Shown one piece after another: positions 1 to 8,309 of a DNA stretch of 64,000 bases. Position 1 is the stretch's first letter. Every line of letters starts with the position of its first letter. Made by a program: the position numbers and the translations under genes. The stretch lies in the IMG/VR virus record IMGVR_UViG_3300034197_000017, positions 1 to 64,000 of that record; one strand, given 5' to 3'. The stretch comes from a virus (taxonomy: Duplodnaviria > Caudoviricetes). The notes under the pieces were generated by a model that was not told the DNA's origin, did not search any database, and worked only from the letters and a program-made list of their open reading frames with translations.

Positions 1-185
1 TCTGCATCTAGAGAATGGGTTTGTATTATTAGTCTACAAGAGGCTATGACATCAGCTATTTCCTCCTCTAAGTTCTCCGATAATATTTCTACTTTGTTGC
101 AACTCTCGATAAGTTTAGATGACACCTGAATTAGTTCGGATAATTCTTCAATTACCTTATTCCGACCATTAGAAAAGACAGCCAT
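1..185 (-). CDS. MazG-like nucleotide pyrophosphohydrolase (partial, runs off window start)
   Basis: Not in the ORF track. My translation from ATG at 185: MAVFSNGRNKVIEELSELIQVSSKL...LEEEIADVIAS, which carries the EExxE...EExxD acidic motifs of the MazG/all-alpha NTP-PPase fold. Confidence 0.75.
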   Translation of the reverse strand, partial: MAVFSNGRNKVIEELSELIQVSSKLIESCNKVEILSENLEEEIADVIASCRLIIQTHSLDA

Positions 186-244
186 GCTGAAAGTCAAATA
201 ACGATGTATTAAAACTAACAGACTTAAAGGCTAATGTCACCTAT

Positions 245-538
245 TTAATCTTCATCCTCTAGGAGATTTTCTGTAGTTATCTCACTATTCCACCTATGAA
301 ATGTCTCCAGTTTTGATATATGTCTTTCAGATATAGTCCTTAAATCTAGATTAAGCATAAAAACTACAAAGTCAATAGCAGCTAATACATCACCAATCTG
401 CTCTTGTAGTCTATTCTTTATAGAACTCCCATCAGGATGTGTATCTACGTCGAAATAGGCTTGCTTTATTGCGGATACTTGTATTAGCTCCCCACATTTC
501 TGAATTAACTTAGTTAGGCCATAGTAATGCATACCCAT
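245..538 (-). CDS. MazG-like protein with degenerate acidic motifs
   Basis: GLTKLIQKCGELIQV...LQEQIGDVLAAI aligns with the neighbouring MazG-like ORF, but EE is replaced by QK and EEE by QEQ. Confidence 0.65.
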   Translation of the reverse strand: MGMHYYGLTKLIQKCGELIQVSAIKQAYFDVDTHPDGSSIKNRLQEQIGDVLAAIDFVVFMLNLDLRTISERHISKLETFHRWNSEITTENLLEDED

Positions 539-550
539 AAGTAGTTCTCC

Positions 551-874
551 TTATATATCAAATCGGAATTTGGACTTCAAAATTGGGTAAATTTCTAACA
601 GTTTAATTACCTCTTTATAGTCAGGTATGCTAGGACAATTATCGCAACTGATATGTACTAGGGAATAACTAAAGAAGTCTAACTGATTGAAGAGAAACTC
701 TATGTACCGCAAATCTCCTCTAGGTTTAACCCATCCAAAGACATAGTTAGCCTCAGTAGATTCTCTAATAACCTCTAGTTCATAGGCAACCTGCCATATG
801 ATACTATCTGTAAAAGCTCTGTCTGCTTTAGTGAATTCTATGGGAGAGATGTACCAATAGATAGAAAATGACAT
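551..874 (-). CDS. hypothetical protein
   Basis: 107-aa ORF, tightly packed in the minus-strand operon. Confidence 0.7.
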   Translation of the reverse strand: MSFSIYWYISPIEFTKADRAFTDSIIWQVAYELEVIRESTEANYVFGWVKPRGDLRYIEFLFNQLDFFSYSLVHISCDNCPSIPDYKEVIKLLEIYPILKSKFRFDI

Positions 875-878
875 TAGC

Positions 879-1061
879 TTAACCTTTTTGTAGTTCTAGA
901 GATACCCAACAATTATCAATGTTACTGCCATTTATGTAAGGACATATGGAGTAAGTAGTCCCATCAGTGAAGATAAGAGTTAAATACTTATCTCCAACAT
1001 CATTTTCCTGGTATAATACATCTGCAATTGTCTTACCTTTTAATTCTAAGAAATGTTCCAT
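879..1061 (-). CDS. hypothetical protein
   Basis: 60-aa ORF with GGAG-like RBS, 1 nt after the upstream stop. Confidence 0.65.
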   Translation of the reverse strand: MEHFLELKGKTIADVLYQENDVGDKYLTLIFTDGTTYSICPYINGSNIDNCWVSLELQKG

Positions 1062-1062
1062 T

Positions 1063-1797
1063 CTACTTAGTTCTCCCTTTTAGGTCAGCTACTACCTTAT
1101 CCAGTAAATACCAATCCCAAGGTACAGAGTCATTGGTAGTAGGAATAGCGTATAAACTTGCCATATTATTTACTGTATCCATCATTCTTTCAGACTCTGA
1201 TTTAGGGTTGATGATAGTAGTATCAACTAGTCTGAACGTTACCTTACCATTCAATAGTCTATATTGAGCGATAGGCTCTTTGATAAGAGTTCCAGATTCA
1301 TCTTCAAATCCATTACGCTCTGAAATGAATTGAAATGTGCAATCTAAAAATGGAAATGCTGTAGCTATAGTCTTACATTCAATCCATAAAGACCTTAAAT
1401 CAGGGTATTTACCTACAGAAATATCATTGGAATGGTAATATCCACTCCAATCAATCCATCCATGTCTTCCTCCAATATAAGAGGTATAAAATTGGTGGTT
1501 AAGTAGATACTCTATAGATGGTTCAATAGAGCCAATAGACGTATAGAAGTCCTGTAGTACAACCCAGTCATCAATACGACCGTGACAGTCAATCTCAGGT
1601 AATCCTAGACTTTTCAATACGTTATTAGATTTCATATAACTACCAGGATTATTATCTAGATAGTTAAAATTAGTAGTCCGTAGGATTATCTCATAGGCTT
1701 GTTCTAGAGTTACTGATTTTCCGCTAGCTAGAAACATAGGCCATTTACCTAGATTACATTCTGGAAGTTTAGGCACTCGGAATTTAGTAACCGTCAT
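1063..1797 (-). CDS. hypothetical phage protein
   Basis: 244-aa ORF with GAGAG RBS; no function recognised. Confidence 0.75.
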   Translation of the reverse strand: MTVTKFRVPKLPECNLGKWPMFLASGKSVTLEQAYEIILRTTNFNYLDNNPGSYMKSNNVLKSLGLPEIDCHGRIDDWVVLQDFYTSIGSIEPSIEYLLNHQFYTSYIGGRHGWIDWSGYYHSNDISVGKYPDLRSLWIECKTIATAFPFLDCTFQFISERNGFEDESGTLIKEPIAQYRLLNGKVTFRLVDTTIINPKSESERMMDTVNNMASLYAIPTTNDSVPWDWYLLDKVVADLKGRTK

Positions 1798-1832
1798 CGA
1801 ACTCTCTCCTTAATGTGTAGTTTTGTAAAGTT

Positions 1833-2333
1833 TTAGGTCAATTCTTTATTTTGATTATCGAATATACGTAACTTTCCGGTTTTAGTTACATATACTTGCC
1901 AGATACCTTTAGCTGTAGTCAAGGTTAATACTACTTGACCTTTATCTAAAGAAAATACTCTAGCTACTTCAACTGCTCCAAAAATAAATCCAAATGTAGT
2001 ATCCTCCATCCTAATTTTATCTTTAGGTAGATTTGGGGGGTTTAGATATGTCTCTAAGGTTATTCCTTCCTTAGCATAGGGAGATTGACGATAATTAAGT
2101 TCTCGTCTTATCCAGAAATCAGCAGATACATCAAAAAGAGTACTAAGTTTTTCTGCTAAGTCTTCATCAATTATTAACTCTCCCTCTACTAAAGCATTAA
2201 TTACAGGTAGAGGTAAGTTAAGAGCAGATGCTAGCCAGTCTATAGTATCTCCTCCAGTTTCCTCTAGTAAATCCATAATGGTTTCACCAGGAGGAGATGC
2301 ATAGTCAGGAGTGAATTGATTACGAATTACCAT
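1833..2333 (-). CDS. HigA-like XRE HTH domain fused to a small phage beta domain
   Basis: The N-terminus FTPDYASPPGETIMDLLEE...AEKLSTLFDVSADFWIRRELNYR matches the HigA antidote pattern. The C-terminal VEVARV...QVYVTKTGKLRI is a separate domain. Confidence 0.7.
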   Translation of the reverse strand: MVIRNQFTPDYASPPGETIMDLLEETGGDTIDWLASALNLPLPVINALVEGELIIDEDLAEKLSTLFDVSADFWIRRELNYRQSPYAKEGITLETYLNPPNLPKDKIRMEDTTFGFIFGAVEVARVFSLDKGQVVLTLTTAKGIWQVYVTKTGKLRIFDNQNKELT

Positions 2334-2334
2334 G

Positions 2335-2628
2335 TTACAACCTATAACTATCTAAAATTGCAAGATGTAAATCTATATATTCAAATTCAGAAGGTTCTAC
2401 AATTAATTGAAAATCATCTTCCAAGTTAGAAAATATAAATACTAATTTAGTTAAATCTTCTAAGGAATCTAAATCAATAACAAATACATTAGTTGTAAAT
2501 TCTTCAAAAGGAGCTTTACGCTTTAGAGATTCCAATCTTACATTAAATGGAGGAGATTTTAGTAATTCATAAAAAGCTTCATTGAACTGTACAAGACTAT
2601 AGTGTTGATTATCGATACTTACTTTCAT
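2335..2628 (-). CDS. hypothetical protein
   Basis: 97-aa ORF, first gene downstream of the promoter at 2654-2682. Confidence 0.7.
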   Translation of the reverse strand: MKVSIDNQHYSLVQFNEAFYELLKSPPFNVRLESLKRKAPFEEFTTNVFVIDLDSLEDLTKLVFIFSNLEDDFQLIVEPSEFEYIDLHLAILDSYRL

Positions 2629-2653
2629 AGCGATTTCCGTTACCTGTCCTTCC

Positions 2654-2682
2654 TTTATATAAGATTAGAGATTTAATGTCAA
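2654..2682 (-). promoter_or_regulatory. sigma70-type promoter
   Basis: Minus strand TTGACA (2682-2677), 17-nt spacer, TATAAA (2659-2654). Confidence 0.75.
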
Positions 2683-2707
2683 GTATTAATCTAAATTTAT
2701 TTTTAGA

Positions 2708-3154
2708 TTACACTGGGAATGGTTGGGAGTATCCTAATTGCTGTTCAGCTTTTCTACGTCTAGTCAATCCTGGTATAGATTCTCCACCAGCTTTATCCCA
2801 TCGTAAAAGTTGATTTAAGGAATCTGAATAGTTTCTCTTATTCAATAGTCTTAGCAACGTACTATCTGCTAAAGCTCCTTCCCCCACATTGAAGGTAAAG
2901 CTACATAGAGCGTCATAAATACCTTGAGTGATAGGAACAGTTACCAAGCCATTAATAGCAGTTTCAAAGCGATTTAAGTCCTTCCTCAGTAACTCATCAG
3001 CTTGTTCCTGAGTAATAGTCATTCCTTCATGAATAGTGTCATCAACATGACCTACACCGATAGTCCAAATACCGACAACATCTTGATAGGCTGTGAGTTC
3101 ACATCCTTCAAATTCTTTAATTAGCTGTAGACCTTTAGCTGAGATTTTATACAT
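2708..3154 (-). CDS. phage lysozyme/endolysin, GH24 family
   Basis: Catalytic triad E-x8-D-x5-T in KEFEGCELTAYQDVVGIWTIG, plus FTFNVG and GLTRRRKAE motifs. Confidence 0.95.
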   Translation of the reverse strand: MYKISAKGLQLIKEFEGCELTAYQDVVGIWTIGVGHVDDTIHEGMTITQEQADELLRKDLNRFETAINGLVTVPITQGIYDALCSFTFNVGEGALADSTLLRLLNKRNYSDSLNQLLRWDKAGGESIPGLTRRRKAEQQLGYSQPFPV

Positions 3155-3160
3155 ATATTT

Positions 3161-3607
3161 TTAGGAAATTAGTTCTTTATTTTCATTATATGCTGACCAA
3201 CATTCAGGAAGAATAATGTTATCTGCTAATTCACTTTGTTCCCATAATTTACCAATAACTTCAGTTGTAAACATAGCTAATCCAGTACCGAACGGAGTTA
3301 CTAAGAATTCTAGTTCTGGACATTCGTATTTAGCACAATAATTTAGCTCATTTATTTGAGTTTCGATATGGTCTAAAGTTACGGGGAATTTATCTCGTCT
3401 TAGTTCTTTAGTGATGACTGCATAGCTATAACCCTCACATCCTTTCATTAGACCTTTAGATGTTCCATAGATAGCCCACTTACCTACTGTCCCATTAATA
3501 GGGGGATAGTTTCCATAGGCTTGTTTAGCAGCTCCTTTTCCGTGTCTTCCTTGGGTATTTGAGCCGAATACAAAGACCTGATTTTCCTGCAAATTTGTTA
3601 TTAGCAT
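3161..3607 (-). CDS. macro-domain-like phage protein (A1S_2505-type)
   Basis: Signature VFVFGSNTQGRHGKGAA, then YAVIT and FLVTPFGTGLA, typical of this phage macro-like family. Confidence 0.75.
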   Translation of the reverse strand: MLITNLQENQVFVFGSNTQGRHGKGAAKQAYGNYPPINGTVGKWAIYGTSKGLMKGCEGYSYAVITKELRRDKFPVTLDHIETQINELNYCAKYECPELEFLVTPFGTGLAMFTTEVIGKLWEQSELADNIILPECWSAYNENKELIS

Positions 3608-3756
3608 TTTATCTAAATTAATGTGTAGTTAACATTTTCTAACGTGGTCAATATTCCGGTGAATTTTGGAGATATTGAGGTAAATCAACGATTTAGAATT
3701 TTAGCCAGGTCATTTTCGAGAATGTTATGTATAGTGTATTAGGGAATAGGTTTTTG

Positions 3757-3798
3757 ACATTTTGAGTGTGGTGCGTCTACCAATTCCGCCATCCGCCC
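3757..3798 (-). mobile_element. putative attP core: 5' half of tRNA-Leu(CAA)
   Basis: Minus strand GGGCGGA TG GCGGAATTGGTAGACGC A CCACA CTCAAAA TGT gives the acceptor 5' strand, D arm and CAA anticodon loop; similarity ends 3 nt after the loop. It lies about 260 nt from the integrase start, with phage-like genes on both sides. Confidence 0.8.
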
Positions 3799-4060
3799 AA
3801 AAGTAAAACTTATATCCCCTTCAATCCTCCTTTTCCCAAAACCACCCTTAAACTGTAGCACCAAAACACCTAACAGTTCAAGTCTCTTCCCTTCTATATA
3901 AGGTATTCAAATAGAAAATTACCTGATTGTCCTTACATAACTTCATAAACTTACCCAAGTTTTAGCTCGACAATCGCTGTTTGTAGAAAATCTGTAGAAA
4001 TTTAGACGGATAACTACTACTCGTACCGACTTCACTTTAACTAGACATAGAGGAATACCT

Positions 4061-5209
4061 ATGAAGTTCACCTTATCCATAGATAAAAATGCATATAGAG
4101 TTAGCTTTGTCTTGGAAGGTAAACGTAAAGTTATGTATCTTGGCACTAGTGATGAAGAGGTAGCTAGACAGATACAATCCCGAATGACTAACGATTGGGA
4201 AAGAGGAGAATTTGATATCAGTCTTGCTTCCTATAAAGTGGGTTTCAAATTGCTCGATAAGGCAATCCAGTACCAAGAGATTCGGAAAATTTCTCTGCTA
4301 GAAAAATTAACCGATATTAAACTGCTCTATGTCTGGGATAAATGGGTAGAGGAACTTGATTTACCCGATGCCACTAGGAATAATCACTATCACTGCATCA
4401 GGCAGATGATAAAGAAGGTTAATCCTATCTGGAATGAGGTGGATTGGTACAAAGAGTCTACTCTCTCTGCTTCTACTTGGAATATTAGGAGAAGGGCAAT
4501 CAATTCCTGTATTAAGTGGGGATTAGAGGAAGACTTAATAAAGGGTAAAAATCCTTGGAGTAAATTACGCGCTAGAAAAACAGATAGGGCTAATGTTAAT
4601 CCTCTAAATAGAGAGGAAATTAAACTGGTAATCACTGCTTTTAGTGAAAACACTTACTGTTCAGAATTCTCTCCAGTTAAACATAGCTACTATGCCCCAT
4701 TCCTTAAGTTCCTTTTTCTAACTGCTGTTAGACCGGGGGAAGCTACGGCTTTACAGTGGAAGCATATTGATTTTCAAAATAATGTAATTGAAATATCTCA
4801 AGCTAGTTCTCGTAACTTAGCTAAATCCCCAACAACTACTAAACGAATTATTAAAGATACTAAAACTGGGGATATCAGATATCTACCCATGAATAAAACT
4901 CTCAGAGGGGTATTAGAGGCTCATAGACCTTTGAATTATAGTAAGGATGACTTAGTATTCAAAGGGGCTAGAGGTGGCTCTGTGTTGGATTACAGAGCCT
5001 TTAGAGAGGTATGGGAGAAGGTCTTAGCTGGATTGGGTTTAGAGTATCGGAATCCTTATCAGACCAGACATAGCGCATTAAGTCAGATAGCGATGGAGCA
5101 CGGTTTAATTGCTGCTAGTAAGATAGCTGGACATAAATCTACTGAAATGGTGAGTAGACATTATGTGAAATTTGTAGGTGAACTAGGTCAAGTCATGCCA
5201 GATTTTTAG
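4061..5209 (+). CDS. int: tyrosine recombinase / phage integrase
   Basis: Catalytic motifs LTAVRPGEA (R), KDTKTG (K), PYQTRHS, GHKS..VSRHY (H, Y), with an N-terminal arm-binding-like region. Confidence 0.95.
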   Translation: MKFTLSIDKNAYRVSFVLEGKRKVMYLGTSDEEVARQIQSRMTNDWERGEFDISLASYKVGFKLLDKAIQYQEIRKISLLEKLTDIKLLYVWDKWVEELDLPDATRNNHYHCIRQMIKKVNPIWNEVDWYKESTLSASTWNIRRRAINSCIKWGLEEDLIKGKNPWSKLRARKTDRANVNPLNREEIKLVITAFSENTYCSEFSPVKHSYYAPFLKFLFLTAVRPGEATALQWKHIDFQNNVIEISQASSRNLAKSPTTTKRIIKDTKTGDIRYLPMNKTLRGVLEAHRPLNYSKDDLVFKGARGGSVLDYRAFREVWEKVLAGLGLEYRNPYQTRHSALSQIAMEHGLIAASKIAGHKSTEMVSRHYVKFVGELGQVMPDF

Positions 5210-5303
5210 GTTAAAGATAAGACTCTCGAAAATATAATATAATTTGAATAAGAAATAAGTATATTAAACTAAATTTTCTAGCTAGAAAAATAACATACGA
5301 ATT

Positions 5304-6107
5304 ATGTATCAAAGAACAAGACAATCGAGATTTAATTCACGTCAACAAAGTGCAACCTTTATGCTTGACCCTACTCAACTCATGCATGGGTTGAATGGGG
5401 TTGATTGGGAAGCTATGAGGCAAGCTGGTGGTACTACCCTTAGTGCATTGAGAGATAATGGAGCTGGCTATCTGAATCAGGGTATGGATGCTGCTAGACA
5501 TCTGGCAAGTCAGGCTCCTGATTTATCGGGTTTGGGTGGAGCTATTTCGGGTAGAGCTGCTGATTTGCAACAGCATCTTGCTCCTTATGCTCAACAAGCT
5601 GGTGATGCTATGTCTGGTTTGGGTGGAGCTATTTCAGGCAAGGTTGCTGGACTTCAACAACAACTGAGTCCTTATGCTCAACAGGCTACCGAACAATTGG
5701 GTAGAGTGGGTAGTCAAGTAGGTGATGCAGCTCAAGCCTTTCGGGGTATGCCTACTGCTGCTCAAGTTACTGTAGGTGCAGCGGGTGCTGGTGCTGGTAC
5801 TGCTGGTGTAGGTGTAGCTAGACGTTTGAGAGCTAGTAAAATGGCTAGAGATGCTGCTGCTGCTGCTCAAGCTGCTCCTGAAATGGCTCAAGCTGCTCAA
5901 CCTGGTAGATTACAGCAAGCTATGGGTTATGCGAGACGTAATCCTCTAGTAGCTGGTGGTGCTGCTTTAGGTGCTGTGGGTCTAGGTGTTGGTGGTGCTG
6001 CTTTGGCTAATAGACAATCTACTGACTATGCTCATAGAGTTCATTCCATTGCCTCATTTACATCTAACCCCGAAAACCTCTCACTATTTAATCAATATCG
6101 TAGATAA
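5304..6107 (+). CDS. Gly/Ala/Gln-rich glycine-zipper protein, putative head-internal/ejection protein
   Basis: GAAGAGAGTAGVG and AGGAALGAVGLGVGGAAL segments; SATF near the N-terminus and IASF near the C-terminus. Confidence 0.6.
   Translation: MYQRTRQSRFNSRQQSATFMLDPTQLMHGLNGVDWEAMRQAGGTTLSALRDNGAGYLNQGMDAARHLASQAPDLSGLGGAISGRAADLQQHLAPYAQQAGDAMSGLGGAISGKVAGLQQQLSPYAQQATEQLGRVGSQVGDAAQAFRGMPTAAQVTVGAAGAGAGTAGVGVARRLRASKMARDAAAAAQAAPEMAQAAQPGRLQQAMGYARRNPLVAGGAALGAVGLGVGGAALANRQSTDYAHRVHSIASFTSNPENLSLFNQYRR
5529..5692 (+). repeat. 87-bp tandem duplication (2 copies) within a CDS
   Basis: GGTTTGGGTGGAGCTATTTC starts at 5529 and again at 5616; it encodes two SGLGGAISG..A.LQQ.L.PYAQQA units. 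Confidence 0.85.
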
Positions 6108-6502
6108 TGAAACTTCTCTCTATTCCTGACCCTAATAAAGTAGTATCTTCGGTTGTACAATCTCAATTAAAGAAACATGCATTACCGTTAGCTCTTACTG
6201 GTTTAGGGTTAGGTGTAGGGGGAGCTGCTTTAGGTGCTGGAATTGGATACAATTCTGGCAGAGCTTCTGTTTACGATAGACTCTATAAAGATAATAAACT
6301 AGCAGTAAATATGTCTAAATTCTCATATATGGCTGAATTTGGATTCATGCCACCAAAAATAGGTAGATTAAAAAAAGGTATTCAGGCAGGTAAATCCGCT
6401 TTAGCTGCTAGTGGTGATTTAGTTAACTCCAGTTCTGCTGTTAGAAAAAAGGCTACTAGTAAGCTGAATAAGCTCTCCCAACTCGCTAGAGAATATACCT
6501 GA
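6107..6502 (+). CDS. glycine-zipper protein
   Basis: LTGLGLGVGGAALGAGIGY followed by an internal KFSYMAEFG motif; start overlaps the upstream stop. Confidence 0.6.
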   Translation: MKLLSIPDPNKVVSSVVQSQLKKHALPLALTGLGLGVGGAALGAGIGYNSGRASVYDRLYKDNKLAVNMSKFSYMAEFGFMPPKIGRLKKGIQAGKSALAASGDLVNSSSAVRKKATSKLNKLSQLAREYT

Positions 6503-6540
6503 TATACTGATACCCATTTAGCTAACACATAGTTATCTCT

Positions 6541-7647
6541 ATGTGTTTTTTGTATAATCTAATAATGCTACTTAAACATTCAAACGATTTACCTTCTACT
6601 TCAGATACTTTTTCTATAGGGGAACTAGCTGCTACTTTGCCTGCTGGTATGCTCTTTACTAAAAATATTAATGGTCAATTAATTAGAATTAATCCAGGTA
6701 TCTTTAACTTAATTGACACACCTGAATTTAGTGTAGATACTTTATATCAAAACTCAATTCTAAAATTACAATCTAAAGATAGTCAGGTAACTCTAACGAC
6801 TATCTTACCTATCTTTTCCTTAGCTGGACTTGGAGGAGTTGAACTAGATTCAAACTTAACGATAGAAAATTATTTAGGGGTTGATGGTAGTGGACATATC
6901 ATCAATAAACCGAAACCTGAATTTAATTTAATGGGTTTATCTGATGTTCTCACAGTTCCCCTAACATCAGACCTAGATAACTACTCACTCACATTTGTTT
7001 ATAGTCCCTTTCCTATACAGGATACTGATAAAGATTTCTATGCTACTCCTACTTATGGTAATTGGAGATTATTGCCAGAAGCTACCAAAATTACTACCTT
7101 CTCTGATGTATATACCATATTACCTAACTACATCATTAACTATCCTGAGTTTGTTTACTTAGTACTGAAAGTAGTATCTGACCCTCCACCATCTAATCTT
7201 CAGGGATATAAAGTTCAACTCTATGGGCTAGAGATAGAAATAGATAAAAATCCCACTCTTTCCTCTAACTTGGATTCCAATCAAAACTCTATTTATAATT
7301 TAGGGTATAAGGAACATATCCTTTCCCTAACTCATACGATTGAATCGGTATCTCTAGATATCTCTACTGCCTCTTGTTTTATCCTGAATTGTTCAGATGA
7401 TGTTATTGAACTTAATTTAGATATTTCCCATAACATTGAATTAAACACAATAAAATATATTCAAGTATCTTTAATAAACTTAAAGGGATATCTTAAATTA
7501 AATTCCAATATAAGGTTTGAAAATGGACAACCTCCTATACTGACAGGAGTTAATACAATGTTAAGCTTTATGTTATATAGTGATATAGATGGAGTCAAGA
7601 TTACTTGCCTTCAAAAATCTAATAATTTATTGAAAATAGAGGAATAA
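6541..7647 (+). CDS. putative tail fibre-associated structural protein
   Basis: 368-aa ORF (start may be at 6565). The C-terminal beta domain resembles the C-terminus of 50932..52536, and it precedes a fibre chaperone gene. Confidence 0.5.
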   Translation: MCFLYNLIMLLKHSNDLPSTSDTFSIGELAATLPAGMLFTKNINGQLIRINPGIFNLIDTPEFSVDTLYQNSILKLQSKDSQVTLTTILPIFSLAGLGGVELDSNLTIENYLGVDGSGHIINKPKPEFNLMGLSDVLTVPLTSDLDNYSLTFVYSPFPIQDTDKDFYATPTYGNWRLLPEATKITTFSDVYTILPNYIINYPEFVYLVLKVVSDPPPSNLQGYKVQLYGLEIEIDKNPTLSSNLDSNQNSIYNLGYKEHILSLTHTIESVSLDISTASCFILNCSDDVIELNLDISHNIELNTIKYIQVSLINLKGYLKLNSNIRFENGQPPILTGVNTMLSFMLYSDIDGVKITCLQKSNNLLKIEE

Positions 7648-8309
7648 TGGAATTGGAATTTTATGTATTTATAGATAGTCTTGAAAAGATTGTACTATTA
7701 AAATCTGAAATAAAATCTCATATTAGACGTAATAATCCAAATATCATTTTCCCTGAAAGTTTTCCAGATGCAGTATTAGCAGGATTTAATTATTTTCCTG
7801 TAGAGGTAAATAAACAGTATTTAGATTGTGAAGGGAGTCTAAAACCTTATTGTAGTTGGAGAAATGATTCTGTATATGAGCAATCAGGTAAATGGTATGT
7901 TGATGCCATAGAGTATTTAGATGAATCTAAGATTAATTTAGGATGGGAAGAGGTAAGAGCTAATAGAAATAAACTGTTAGAAAATACTGACTGGATTACT
8001 TCCTCCGATATGCCTACTGATATTAAACATAAGTATGTCCTATATAGACAATTATTGAGAGATTGTACTAATATTAGTAGATATCCATCTGAGGTTAGAT
8101 TTCCAACAGCACCTGAACTTACTCCATCTACTTTCGTATCTGATACGTTATCTGGAGATGAAGTAACTAAGATAAGAAATTTTAGAAATAAAACTCCTCA
8201 GTGGAATAAATTTTTAGTGGAGTGGGAAGCTACCAACTTTACATATAATAAGTCATATGTAAATAATCTACTATTACTTTACACAGGACTAACTGTTAAT
8301 CAAATTTAA
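7647..8309 (+). CDS. tail fibre assembly chaperone-like protein
   Basis: WEEVRANRNKLLENTDW...YVLYRQLLRD...P.EV.FP is the pattern of phage tail fibre assembly chaperones. Confidence 0.75.
   Translation: MELEFYVFIDSLEKIVLLKSEIKSHIRRNNPNIIFPESFPDAVLAGFNYFPVEVNKQYLDCEGSLKPYCSWRNDSVYEQSGKWYVDAIEYLDESKINLGWEEVRANRNKLLENTDWITSSDMPTDIKHKYVLYRQLLRDCTNISRYPSEVRFPTAPELTPSTFVSDTLSGDEVTKIRNFRNKTPQWNKFLVEWEATNFTYNKSYVNNLLLLYTGLTVNQI

Noticed and set aside
2335-2628. Possible HigB toxin partner of the HigA-like gene
   Set aside because: No RelE/HigB motif or basic catalytic residues are recognisable.
3757-3798. Functional tRNA-Leu gene or a prophage-host boundary
   Set aside because: The 3' half is absent from the window, and both flanks have the same phage-like gene content and composition.
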